NCBI GenBank assembly: GCA_010015585.1
Contig: ML975151.1
Source: Eremomyces bilateralis CBS 781.70
Lineage: Eukaryota
Reading direction: 5' to 3' (one strand)
DNA: 64,000 nucleotides
The position numbers were made by a program, and so were the translations under genes. The notes beneath the pieces are model-generated. The model made no database searches and was not told the DNA's origin. It saw nothing but the letters and a program-made list of their open reading frames with translations. This document shows, in pieces, positions 12,165 through 24,092 of the stretch. How positions within the stretch are numbered: the first letter of the stretch is position 1; each line of letters opens with the position of its first letter.

Positions 12165-12212
12165 TGTGATTGTGATGGTTATTGTGATGGTTATTGTGAT
12201 GGTGATGGTGGT
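12165..12212. repeat. Degenerate 6-bp microsatellite (GTGATK/GTTATT units)
   Basis: The sequence reads tgtgattgtgatggttattgtgatggttattgtgatggtgatggtggt; it produces the ITITIT run in a spurious minus-strand ORF. Confidence 0.8.
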
Positions 12213-12496
12213 TTTGTAGTGGGTTGAATTGTGCTGTTGTACAACCGGGAAGCTTTTCGTCCCGTCTCGAATAATGCTGATGTAGCTATGGTAGGTGTGA
12301 GGTATGTACCGTTTGGTGTTATACATGTATTGTCCGCCAATTGGCCCTTTTCCGTAAATGTACATTGCTTCCCTTAACTCAAAAATCCAACGAACACATC
12401 GTGAAAGTGCTGGTTCTAATCCACGGCACCCCTTCTATCCCACACTCAACATATGCGTCCCCAAACGGCAATTCCCATTCGCATTCCGCCTCCCCC

Positions 12497-12980
12497 CTAA
12501 TGACTCAACGTACTCCTCCCCTTCGTCCTCCGCCTCGCCAAAGTCTTCCGCCCATTCTTCGTCCGCAATCGACTCAAAAACCCATGCCGCCGCTTCCGCA
12601 CAAAATGCGTCCACCGCTGCATGGTGTTGCGCGGCGCGTGGCGCAGTTGCTGGGTGGCGAGGGAGGGGTGGGTGCTGGGTGCGGTGCCGAGGAAGGTAGA
12701 TGAGGAGGTGAAGAGGGGGGTGAAGGGGGTGGGGGAAGGGGAGAGGGAGGTGGAGATGGAGGTGGAGGTGGAAGGGGAGGAGGGGAAGAGGGGACGGCGG
12801 GCGGTGAGGACGGTGAGTGTACGGGATTGTGAGGGGTTAGGTCTGGGAGGGGTTAGTGGTTGGTGAGAGGAGGGAAGGTGGTTCGTACCTTGATAGAAGG
12901 GCAGGTCTGGATGAGAGGTTGAGGACGGGACGGGTTGGGAGTATCGCCCGGGCGGCGGGAAAACACCGTGTGCAGATCAT
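12497..12980 (-). CDS. MRPL34: Mitochondrial ribosomal protein bL34m precursor
   Basis: Absent from the ORF track. ATG at 12980, intron 12843-12888. A Ser/Pro/Arg-rich presequence is followed by RNTMQRWTHFVRKRRHGFLSRLRTKNGRKTLARRRTKGRSTLSH*, the L34 signature. Confidence 0.92.
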
Positions 12981-13434
12981 CTTGGATGATGATGGGCTGG
13001 TGATATTGTGTTAGAATCAATTGGAATCCTCAATTGGAGGATGGGGGCGGGTTGAGGATTCCGATGGCTGTGGAGGTGGAAATGGATCCGATCGTGAATA
13101 TCGAAGGAAGTCGCGGTCGAGGAGGAAGGAAAGCGGTGGTCCGTGCGAGATTTTTCACTTTCGAACTTCGAAGTTGCGATGGTTTCGAGGATTTATATTG
13201 GAAACGACTTCTCCTCCACATTCCCCTTCTCTACAGAATCTTCACAAAGCCGCGATATGTTAAAAGACTCGTCACGACCGAGAACTTTCTCGCTACGATA
13301 ATTTCCTGGTCAATTAAAGTCCCGTCGCTACAGCATCTTCACAAAGCACTCAATCCGCATCGATAATCCCACGACTTGATACTCAACCTCCACCAACCAT
13401 ACCTGTTACCTATATCCCAACCAACCCACCCAAA

Positions 13435-14130
13435 ATGTCCAAACTCCCCCGCCAGGACCGCCTCCCCCTCTGTCCGCCCACCCACCTCGTCGGCCCCTCC
13501 ACCCCCCTCTCCCTCCCCGCCGCCCGCGCCAAAATCGAAGCCTACCTCGCCCTCTGCGCCACGACGCCGCACCTCCACCCGGACGCGGTGCTGACGGCCT
13601 CCGGAGCGCAGTTCAACGCGACGGGAGGGCGGGAAGGCGGGCTGGTGTTGCATCTGTTAAGGCGGGTGGAGCGGGGGCTCGCGGGGGAGAAGGTGGAGGG
13701 GAATTTTGTAGAAGAGAGTGGGGAGGGGGGGTTGGAGGAGACGGGGGGGAGTGGAGAGGCGGGGAAGACGGGGAAGAAGAGGAGGGGAGAAGGTGAGGGG
13801 GAGGAGGAGTGGATGGATCAGGAGGCGTTTCAGAGGGAGCAGGAGCAGTATAACGTGGATGGATATCGGAAGGACGAGGAGCAGTTGGCGCACGTGGTGC
13901 GGGAAGGTGGCGTGGAGGAGGACCTGGAGGAGGTGGGGACCGGGCAGGACGGCGCGGCACCGCGGAAGAAGCCAAAGCACGACCACGCGACAGCGGGAGC
14001 ACCGATGAATGGCGTCGATGGCCATGGGGAGCTGTCGGCGAAATCCAAGGAGGCGCGGAAGTTGGCGAAGAAACAGCGGAAGGATACGCAGAAAAAGGAG
14101 AAGGCGGCGAAGGCGCGGGATGCGGCATGA
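13435..14130 (+). CDS. Conserved fungal protein, probably RNA polymerase I subunit Rpa14-like
   Basis: Single-exon 231-aa ORF. The N-terminal block YLALCATTPHLHPDAVLT...GGLVLHLLRRVERGLAGE resembles my recollection of Pezizomycotina Rpa14-like proteins. It has an acidic middle and a Lys-rich, nucleolar-type C-terminus. The gene is clear; the product call is tentative. Confidence 0.6.
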   Translation: MSKLPRQDRLPLCPPTHLVGPSTPLSLPAARAKIEAYLALCATTPHLHPDAVLTASGAQFNATGGREGGLVLHLLRRVERGLAGEKVEGNFVEESGEGGLEETGGSGEAGKTGKKRRGEGEGEEEWMDQEAFQREQEQYNVDGYRKDEEQLAHVVREGGVEEDLEEVGTGQDGAAPRKKPKHDHATAGAPMNGVDGHGELSAKSKEARKLAKKQRKDTQKKEKAAKARDAA

Positions 14131-14339
14131 TGCGATCGGACGAATGAGCACAAACACCGTCGATGAGGAAAGAACCGAATTTTCTATGCGTCTCTATCCG
14201 ACGCCCCGATCCACCGCGTCCCTATCCTACTGACTCCGAACTATTATACATATGCGACACCAACCATGGCGGCGTGACGAGCATAGCACGGCAACCCCCC
14301 CATCGCGATCCAATTCCGAGAACTTTTTGACGACCAAAA

Positions 14340-15889
14340 TTATAGCTCGCGACCCGACGCTGCGACCACCTCCTCCTCCTTCACGGCGTTCTCCTCCTTC
14401 AGGTCGGCGGTGGCGGGCTTGCCGTCGCTGACCCAGCCGATGGCCTTCAGGCGCTCCGTGAGGATCGGGTGCGAGTGGTGGAAGCTTGAGTACAGCCAGT
14501 CGGCGTCCATAGCGGAGAGGTTCTTGATCTGGAGCTTGATGAGCGATTTGGCGAGGTCGGTCTTGTAGCCGAGGTCGTTGGCGAAGGAGTCTGGAAGTGG
14601 TCAGCGTACTTCTCCATGTATTATACAAACCGGAGAGAAGAACGGGAGAAATAAAGGATAAACTCACCCGCCTGGTACTCCATCCTGCGCGTGAAGAGGT
14701 TCATCATCAACTGTACCACCACCTCCACCGGGGCATAGATCATATTAAACAACATAAACCCAATCATGATCGGCCGCTCCTTCTCAAACCCAAACGCCGC
14801 ATACAAGCTCCGATTCCCAATGAAGCTTGACCACGCCGCCAGCAAATAGAACAGATGCGCCTGATGCACCAGCAAGATCCGCGTGGTATGTCCCATCTTC
14901 CAATGGCCCAGCTCGTGCGCCAACACGGCCTCCACCTCCTTCCCGCTCGACTGCTCGATCAGCGTGTCGAAGAGCACGATGCGCTTCTTCCACGGGAGAC
15001 CAGAGAAGTACGCGTTGCTGTGGGCGCTGCGCTTGCTGCCGTCGATAACGGAGAGCTCGTCGAGGGGGAACTTCAGCCGGCGGCAGAGGGCCTCGACGTC
15101 GTCGCGGAGGGGCCCCGGGGCGAGCGGGGTGAGTTTATTGAACATAGGGACGATGACGATCGGATACAGGGTAACGGCGAGCAGCTGGAAGGCGACCATG
15201 AAGAGCCAGAGGTAGTAGAAGAAGGCGGAGCCGGTGCGGTGGACAATGGAGAGGAAGGCGGCCCCGATGGGAGTGCCGATGGCAACAGTGAGGGCGAGGC
15301 CCTTGAGTGCGTCGACGATCCACAGGCCGCGGGTCATTTTATTGAAGCCGTAGGCCTCCTCGAGGACGAAGTGCCGGTAGTAGTCAAAGGGGAGGCCGAG
15401 CACGGTGTCGAGAATGGAGAGGCCGAAGACGAAAATGAGGGAGCGCGTGATCTCACCGGTGAACGGCGCGGGGAGCCACTGGGCGACGGCGGCGCCGGCG
15501 AGGGCCCAGCCGAGGGGGAAGATGTCGATATAGAGCATGTACATGGATTTGGCCTCGTTGAAGAGGGAGGAGATGACGGAGAACCTGGCTTTGGCGCGGG
15601 AGTAGTCCTGGCTCTTGTCGAACGTCTCTTGGGTGATTTCATCGGTCAGGGCTTTCGGCTTCGCGGTCTGTTGGTAGACTTTGTATTGTCGATACAGCAG
15701 CCAGTTCTCCAGGGCGAATTGCCCCAAGGAGAAGCCGACCACCAGCTTCTTCCATGGGAAGAATGGCCGGTCGAGGAACCTGGCGAGGCGCTGTGAAGGT
15801 TAGCTTCTGAGCTGTTGATAATGACGCGTGGTTGTCGCGACGAGAGACAGGGACGGGAAATGACATACTTGAAGCCACGCTTGAATCAT
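14340..15889 (-). CDS. STE24: CAAX prenyl protease 1 (M48 zinc metalloprotease)
   Basis: Introns 15791-15868 and 14591-14667. Motifs: LDRPFFPWKKL, FVLEEAYGFNK, IDGSKRSAHSNAYF, HELGH, EYQAD and HHSHPILTERLKA. Confidence 0.96.
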
Positions 15890-17352
15890 TGCCGCGGTAT
15901 TTATGGTATCCTAGATGCGGCAGGGTATTTCAGTACTATTGTTCTTCGGAATTCAACCTCTCATTCAGGTGAATGTTCGATGTTCGTGAAGTGGACACGA
16001 CACGTCCCTCCTCCAGGGCCTAGCCTGTCATTGAGGCAGACATATTATTGCCTGAGGCAAATATTCTGGTCCAGTATCAATTGATTACCTAATCAATCTG
16101 ATCTACTAGTAATGACCAGACCAGACAACATGAGCAAATACGGAGAGTATTGAACTGGCAGATCCGATGAAATGTGATGTTTTCGAATACATTGGATCTT
16201 GTTCCAAAGTGTATGCAGCAAAGAAATCCTTCCTTTTTGATGAACCATGCTTATTCTGCACTTTTACTGCTGATCTCATGTCCAGCAATGCCTTAGAGAT
16301 CTGTCATTGCAGGAGACGCTCAAGTCTCAACGCATCTCTGGACTTTGTTGCATGGATTGTCAAGTAGAGACATCCGTCTGTGATACACGATGGCTCAGCA
16401 ACATCGCAGCACCAAATTAAGTCGCAAGGAGAGATCAGGGATATCGGGATGTTTGCGTCCCAGGAATCCGTCCAACGTAGATAGCTGGTTACCAATACTG
16501 TCAAACCTCGAGATACCCGAAGTAGGTACATATCTAGCCTTCAATGATGCACATCGTACTTGTCCGCTCGTCTGGCCATACGCCGCAATATCTGCCAATG
16601 CGGTCAATTGACCACCATTCATCTGGAGTAGGAGCAGGAATGGCAAGGGACAAGAATCGAAGTAGCAGAAGGACCACTGTACAAGTACTCTAGAGTAATA
16701 TGAAGCCCTGTGGTATCCCCAAACATCTCACGGATAATCGGATCCCGTCTGCTGTATCACAGGGGGAGATACTGGTATGACGACGACCATGCGGCTGTAT
16801 CCCTGACCTGGACCCGACATGATGAGAAACCCGAGACAAAGGATTGGAGGAGACGAAAGATTCCATTGACTAGCAGCATTTGACAGAGTAATAAACGCCG
16901 CTAAACCAGATCTATACATCGGCCCGGCATTACTTTTCGATCTGATTTGTTTATCCAATTCCGCGACCCCAGATCTGCCCTTTTCCCAGTCTCCCAGTGT
17001 TGGGTGCGGATATGAGGATTGACCACTTGGTGACTTGACCCGCTCGAGAAGCAACTTCCTGACTTCGTGTTTGATGAGAAGGGAGAAGATAGAAGTTCGA
17101 ACCTGAAGGAAAACGCGGCTGCATACGGCATTTTGAAGCCTGTTCTAGGCACATATCATGCTTTAGCAACTCCGTATACCGTACCTACCTTTCCTACGGT
17201 TTCTCTCTTTGGCTCTCCTGGATTCCTTACCCTATCATGTTCGGAATAGACCTGTAGCCATATCTCCTAGACTGGCCAGCTCCTTCATCCCCTAAGATTT
17301 ACCACCATATCGACGCCGTGTCCCTGTTGGGATTCGGACGCGCAACATCCCC

Positions 17353-19025
17353 ATGGCTCAAGGAAAGGCCACCGCGACGTTCAATATTGATGGCTTGACG
17401 AGCAGCCATCACGACGATGGGAGAACCCGTTCCCCGCTAGGTCGCAAGGACTCGTCTCCGCTCATGCCTCCGTTCATGGTCTCCGCCCCAGGGAAGGTCA
17501 TTGTGTACGGAGAACATGCGGTAGTACACGGCAAGGTGAGCAATCGCTCGGGTCCATCCAACTCCATATACTAACGCGTCGACAGGCAGCAATTGCGGCG
17601 TCAATATCCTTACGGTCCTACCTCCTCGTCCACTTCCTCTCAAAATCTCGCCGGACCGTATCGCTCCTCTTCCCAGATATCGGCCTGTCACATACCTGGG
17701 ATATACCCGCACTGCCATGGTCCGCATTTTCCGCGCCGGGCAAGAAGAAAACCTACTACGACCTCGTTACAGAGCTCGATCCCGACCTCCTGGAAGCCCT
17801 CGAGCCGCACATCGACAACATCTCACCCAACGCTCCCCCAGCCACGCGCAAGATCCATCAATCCAGCGCCACCGCCTTCCTCTACCTCTTCCTCTCCCTC
17901 GGCACCTCCAGCTCCCCACCATGCGTCTACACCCTCCGCTCCACCATCCCCATCGGCGCTGGCCTCGGCTCCAGCGCCTCCATCGCCGTCTGCCTCTCCT
18001 CCTCGCTGCTCGTCCAATGCCGCGCTCTCGCCGGCCCCCACCCCGACCAACCCGCTGCCGAATCCGAGCTGAACATCGAGCGCATCAACCGCTGGGCCTT
18101 CGTCGCCGAGATGTGCATCCACGGCAACCCGTCCGGCGTCGACAACACAGTCAGCAGCGGCGGCAAGGCCGTCCTCTTCCAGCGCCGCGACTACTCCAAA
18201 CCCCCGCTCGTTAAGCGCCTCAACACCTTCCCCGAGCTGCCCCTCCTCCTCGTCAACACCCGCCAGAGCCGCAGCACCGCCACGGAGGTCGCCAAGGTCG
18301 CCAACCTCCGCAAATCCTTCCCCACCATCGCCGAATCCGTCCTCTCTGCCATCGACAACATCACCGAGTCCGCACACACCCTCCTCACCTCGGATGACTT
18401 CGACGCCGACTCCACGACGCTGAAGACGCTCGGTGAGCTTGCCGCCATTAACCATGGCCTGCTCGTCGCACTCGGCGTCTCGCACCCGAAACTCGAGCGT
18501 CTACGCGCGTTGATCGACCACACCGGAATCGGATGGACAAAATTGACCGGCGCGGGCGGCGGCGGCTGCGCCATCACGATCCTGAACCCGGAGTGGAAAG
18601 GCAAACCCGACGGCGGCGTTAACGGGGTGAAGAAGCCATCCCCAAAGGCTCGAACCCTCGTGCGCAACGGGACCGACTCCGAAGGTAGCTCGGAGAAGCG
18701 TAAGAGCGGACTCGAGCCGGCCTTGATCGCGCCGAAAGCGCTCATCCCTGCATCCCTATCCAACCAGTTGCAGGAAGAGGGGTTCGAGGTGTTCACGACG
18801 ACGTTGGCGGGCGACGGGGTCGGCGTGCTGTGGCCGGCAGTACTGCATAACGTGAACTCGATCACGAATCGGGAGGAGGGGGGCGAGGAGATCGATCAGG
18901 AGAAGTTCTTGACGGCGGTAGGGACGGAGGGGATTGAGAAGTTGGTGGGTGTGAGTAATACATTTGAGGAGGGGCATCCGAGACATCGGGGTGGGGTGGG
19001 GGGATGGAAGTTCTGGAGGTATTAA
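17353..19025 (+). CDS. ERG12: Mevalonate kinase
   Basis: SAPGKVIVYGEHAVVHGK|AAIAASISLRSY across intron 17536-17585. GHMP motif PIGAGLGSSAS, plus EMCIHGNPSGVDN and TKLTGAGGGGC. Confidence 0.96.
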
Positions 19026-19507
19026 GGGCGAGGGGAGGATGGGGACTGAGGGGGTGGTGTCGTTGGCGTTAAGTTGTTCAGTTATAAAAAGGGGCATTGC
19101 GCGGAACGGTCGGAGGGACTGTCTCGGTATCCGTCAAGGCATGCTCCCGCATCTGTCTTTTCTCCTCTTATTTTGACCTAATATCGGCGCGAGCTTCTCT
19201 GTATATTTAGCGATGGTTCTGCGGTAGATTTTCGAGATGGCACCTCTGGATCGCAAGAATAGGCTATGAAAGTGTTTCATTAATTATGAACGAAGCTAAT
19301 AGGTCAGTGTTTTCTCGTTCCCGTTGTTTCTGCTGTCGGTTATCTATATTTGCAGCTGAGAATTCCTTGATCTATGAACTCGGTCGATCGCCCATCTTCA
19401 TCCCTACAACCCGCAGTATACCTTCGTTCTCGATGTATGATACGGTGTCGCGGGTCGCCAAATAATGCGCTCAGAGGACACGATATCCCCCCAAAAAACC
19501 CTCCACC

Positions 19508-20224
19508 TCACTGCCTCTTCTTCCCACTCCTCCCCTTCCTCCCCTCCTCCCTCCCGGCCTTCCCCCCTTTCCCCTCCTTCTCCACCCTCTCCACCCTCTC
19601 CATCTCCGCCATCTCCGTCTCCTCTTTCCGCGCCGCATACCACTGTCCCGCCTGCAACACCAACACCCCCACCAACACCAGTGCCAAAATCGTATTCGTC
19701 GCCGCCATCACCCTCAACGAATCCTCCCTTCCCACCACCTCCTGTCCGTCCGGCCCCACCGGCTCCTCCCCCACCCCATACACCCCCGCCGTCACGATCC
19801 GCAGCCCCTTCACCGTGTTCGACAGATACACCATCACGCCTACCATGTACAGCACCAGGCTCGCGCCGTCGAACAGCATGTTGCTTTCCGACGGCTTGTA
19901 CAGCTTGGTCAGGAAGCCGAGCAGCCCCGTGGCGATGGCGATGTGCATGATGCGCGCAATGACCGGCGGCGACGCGTGGATGAATTTCAAGTGCGTTTCG
20001 AGGATGTCGAAGTAGTCGGCGGAGGAGAGGGCGGAGGTGGCGCGGGGGGTGGCCCAGAGGACGTGGTAGTCATAGGGGAAGAGGGAGAAGAGGATGCCGA
20101 GGAAAAAACAGGTTGCTTGGGGGTGGGTTAGTTATTTGTAGAGTTGGATTGGAGATAAGGGGGACATACGACCGATTATTAGGAAGGTCGCGAAAGAGGA
20201 GCTGGTGGATTTGGGGGGCGCCAT
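19508..20224 (-). CDS. SHR3: ER membrane chaperone for amino-acid permeases (Shr3)
   Basis: FATFLIIG|PTCFFLGILFSLFPYDY across intron 20116-20169 (AAG acceptor). Also KLYKPSESNMLFDGASLVLY and LRVMAATNTILALVLVGVLVLQAGQWYA, with a charged tail. Confidence 0.92.
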
Positions 20225-20846
20225 GGTGTGTGAGCTGGGGATGGAGGGCGCTTAGTGCGTGATTCGAGAGATCTTGGAGATGTGGACTTCGAATGTCCGT
20301 CGGTGGTTAGATATCGTGTTCGGACGGCATCCAGGGCGAATGGATGAACTGTTTACGAATCGGGGCAGGCCCGCGTCTGGCGAGATGAAGTTGTGATAAA
20401 GCGGGTCGGGCCGTCTGCAGGGTGTTGACCATTAAGATTGGAGAGTAGATGGTCCTATCACAAAGAGAAGGATGTCAAGTCGAGGCGAGAAGAGTATGTC
20501 TACCGGCGGGAGAAGTATTTATCTCAAGTGATTTGAGAAAAGAACGAAGAAGTGAAGTGTGATTGAGAGAGGATCTCCAGTGTCAGCTTCCTTAGGTTTG
20601 GATGATCACGGATGCAAGCAAGTCAAGGTGAATGGGACGGGGATTCGACTCCTACTGACAGGTGAAAAGCATTCAAGATATTGGTATCTATTCAGTATGA
20701 TTCGAGATAATTTACAGGTTTTTTTAAAGTCTCGAGAGACACCTAGACAGTATAGTAGGCTTTGCGTAATCACCAAGCAATTGGTACTTCTTAAGTTTCG
20801 GATTCCCCTGAGCGAGGTCACAACTACTAGTCCACCATACCACCCC

Positions 20847-22565
20847 CTATAACGCATTCCTCTTCTCATTCTCCCCCTCCATCCTCCGATCATTCTCCAA
20901 GCTCTCCTCCGCCGCCTCTTCCGCATACCGCTCCACCCGCTCCCTCACTCCCTCATCCCAACACCCCACGATCCTCCCCGCCCCCAGCGCCGCATTCACC
21001 CCATTATCAATCCCCACCGTCAACACCGGCACCCCCCGCGGCATGTTCGTCATGCTCACCAAGCTATCCATCCCATCGCTCTTGCTCGGCTTCACCGGCA
21101 ACCCGATCACCGGAATGCTCTTGTTGAACGCCGCCACCATCCCCGGCAGGTGCGCCGCTCCGCCCGCCGCCGCGATGATCACCCGGACGCCCCGCGCCGA
21201 CGCCTCTTTCGCGTAGGTCGCCATGTATTCCGGTGTGCGGTGCGCCGAGGTAATCTTCTTTTCGTACGCGATCCCGAGCTTCTCGAGCACGGTGTAGACG
21301 TTTGCCAGCACCGTCTGGTCGGAAATCGAGCCTGCCGTGACACTGACGACGGGGTGGCGTGACGGAGCGGGGGGAGCGGTGGTGGGAGGGGGGAGGTTGA
21401 AGCGCTCGGCGCGCAAGGTGTCGAATTCGGCGAGGAGAGGGGCCATGGCGGATTCGGCTTCGCGCATTGTGGACGCGGTGACGGTGACGTGGCCGATTTT
21501 GCGGCCGGGTTTGGACGCGCCTTTGCCGTACATGTGGATCGTTGCGTTCGGGATCGCGAGGGCCTTGAGAAGGAGCGGCTGGTGGCTGTCGGGGTGTTTT
21601 CCACCGAGGATGTTTAGCATGATGGCCGGTCGGGTCTGCTTGAGGCTGTCGGGAGGGATGGGTAGGTCGAGGATTGCTCGCAGGTGGCCCGCGAATTGGG
21701 AGTTAGGACATGCCTCGATCGTGTAATGGCCGGTATTATGTGGTCGAGGAGCAATTTCGTTCACGAGGAGGGAGTCATCTTGGAGGAGGAACAGTTCGAC
21801 TCCAAACACCCCCTTTCCCTCGAATGGCGCCACGGCCTCTTTCGCAAGTTTCTGAGCCGCCTCTTTAACTTTCGTTGACACGCCTCTAACAGGGGCGTAG
21901 ACGAGCTTGCATACGCTGTCTTGTGATATCAGCTCCACTGTCGGATACGCAAAGACACCATCTTTTGTCTTCAGGACCATGACTGCGAGCTCCGTCTTAA
22001 AATCCGCCCATTTCTCAGCATACATGCCCCCTTTAACCTTCCCTAATGCCTCAAAGGCATTATGAACGTCATCTCTTGACTCGACCACATAATTCCCCTT
22101 CCCATCGTACGCTTGCTTCCTTGCTTTGAGCATCATCGGATACCCCAGCTCCACCCCCGCAGCCTCCAAATCCGCAATGAAATCGACCTGGCTCGCTGCT
22201 GCCGTCTTGATAAAATGGCTCTCCAGATACTGCTTTTGCACGTACTTGTCCTGGATCGTTCGGATCGTCTTCCAGCTGGGCTCGACCCTCACGCCCGCAT
22301 TGGCCGCCTCTTCCAGAATCGTCGTGTCGACATGCTCAATCTCAACCGTGAGGATATCGCAGTTACTCGCAAGCTTCCGCACCGCTTCCGATTCCGCGAA
22401 CGATCCATTCACGTGCAGTGCTTTAGGGTGCGCGTGGATTTGCTTTGCGGGTGCTTGATCGGCGTCGAGCACGCTGATCGGGATATTGAGCCGGTTTGAC
22501 TCTTCGATGAGCATCCGCCCCAGTTGGCCTCCTCCTAATAATCCTACTCTTGGGAGATTGTCCAT
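20847..22565 (-). CDS. ADE2: Phosphoribosylaminoimidazole carboxylase (PurK-PurE fusion)
   Basis: Intronless. Probable start MDNLPRVGLLGGGQLGRML at 22565. Motifs: TVEIEHV, AYDGKGN, NEIAPRPHNTGHYT, SAHRTP and IAAAGGAAHLPGMVAA. Confidence 0.96.
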   Translation of the reverse strand: MDNLPRVGLLGGGQLGRMLIEESNRLNIPISVLDADQAPAKQIHAHPKALHVNGSFAESEAVRKLASNCDILTVEIEHVDTTILEEAANAGVRVEPSWKTIRTIQDKYVQKQYLESHFIKTAAASQVDFIADLEAAGVELGYPMMLKARKQAYDGKGNYVVESRDDVHNAFEALGKVKGGMYAEKWADFKTELAVMVLKTKDGVFAYPTVELISQDSVCKLVYAPVRGVSTKVKEAAQKLAKEAVAPFEGKGVFGVELFLLQDDSLLVNEIAPRPHNTGHYTIEACPNSQFAGHLRAILDLPIPPDSLKQTRPAIMLNILGGKHPDSHQPLLLKALAIPNATIHMYGKGASKPGRKIGHVTVTASTMREAESAMAPLLAEFDTLRAERFNLPPPTTAPPAPSRHPVVSVTAGSISDQTVLANVYTVLEKLGIAYEKKITSAHRTPEYMATYAKEASARGVRVIIAAAGGAAHLPGMVAAFNKSIPVIGLPVKPSKSDGMDSLVSMTNMPRGVPVLTVGIDNGVNAALGAGRIVGCWDEGVRERVERYAEEAAEESLENDRRMEGENEKRNAL

Positions 22566-24092
22566 TTTTTCTGTGGAGCGATATCGGGCTTCTCCAGCAC
22601 TGAAGACGGCAATCGCAAATGAGTGATGGTGAGATGTCCTGGTGTAAATTGCGATCCAATGACGAATATCATCCACCGTGACCTTCCAGGTGTCTCTATT
22701 AACAAAAGGGTACCTTCACACTTGAATGGGATCACTTAGACTTGGAGTGGTTATTGCCACCGTTTGTTTGTCACATATCATGAAATTTTCACGTCATCAG
22801 GTTTCTGCTGAGTTGAGGTCAAAGGTAGGGGAATCCGGCGATATGATTGGTTCATTCTCCAGGATTTGGCCGTCGCCGAGTAAACAACTTTTCAACCTTC
22901 GAGCTCAATTCTGTGTTATCAGCTCCGAGAATAGCATTTGAACTATTGGGGTGAAAATCCATTGCACATTTCAGGTCAATGAGACAATGACATTCCCCAG
23001 TCCTCGTCGGCATGCATTGTTTTCGACACTGCCTCCCGCGTACACTGCGGCACAACAGCGGATACTAACAAGCTTCATCGGCCATCGGAAAATTTTGACG
23101 ATGATATCTGATATAGTCAGCTCTATTATTAAGGGATTGAGACTAGAGGTAAATTTCATATGTCAATCCATTGAGATAAACAGTCAAGAATCAAGATCTC
23201 CTTATCTAATAGTACTTATCTAATACACTCCAAAGTCCAGACGGCACTGCTTGGCTTTGTCTCCTTCGGTGCTCACATAACTTAAGACGGTTTTGGTCTT
23301 AATTCTTAGTGTCACTTACCCTTCTGGCACGATTTCGAATTACTCAATTAATTAACATGTTGTGTTAAAACAAACCCAGGCCAAGACAATCTTGTGTATT
23401 AGACTTGGGCCCTTTTTCATCTTTAGCCTGGCATAACTCTTACTACTAGATACGCAGTCAGCTTTTATTCAGCAAGTTTGACGGCGGTTCGCGATCCTCC
23501 AGGCTCCCATTCATTCAACTTCCCCTTTAGCTTCAATGACCTGATAACCCATTCCTTCTTTCTCTCAAGTCTACCTTCTTATAGAGTGCACCACCTTGTT
23601 CATATTGGCATCTCATATATCTCCAATTGGCTTGTCATTGTCTACTCTAGGTTGTACTGTCCGGTTCGGTTTGCTACGGTCCGATACAGCTGCTTTTTCA
23701 AAACCGCAAGGTCCCAGCATGTCCAGATTCGCCTTGAGTTTCAGTCATACCAGTAGTCCTCCCCTAAGCACATCCGCAAACGCTATTTGCTGAAAGCGAA
23801 CCATGTATACACCAGCGGACCTTCATCACCGGGCTTCCAGTCACAGAATATCCGATATGAACGAGTCCATTCACACTTTCAAGATGGTCACGAGGCTGAT
23901 AGACCCACAAACGAAGGAGTGACTGAGTTACCAATCCATATTGAGGAGAGGAAGCAGACCTTCAGCAGAATCATCAAGGACAGCGACAGAAAGACGGGAC
24001 CCGGCAGAATAAACGTTCAAGATGAGGGCATTTTAGTCAGAACTTATCTTCCGAGATGGATCGAAAACCGAATCATCAGACATCAACCGAGG

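Noticed and set aside
16100..17150. Minus-strand fragments (e.g. SSKRKDFFAAYTLEQDP) faintly like a P450 relic between STE24 and ERG12
   Set aside because: No I-helix, ExxR or heme motif found; the similarity is too weak to call.
1..19025. INSIG, STE24 and ERG12 within 19 kb as a sterol/isoprenoid gene cluster
   Set aside because: They are separated by unrelated housekeeping genes and I saw no shared motif; chance neighbourhood is sufficient.
22566..22676. 37-codon N-terminal extension of ADE2 in the ORF track
   Set aside because: It starts at a GTG; homology begins at the ATG at 22565.
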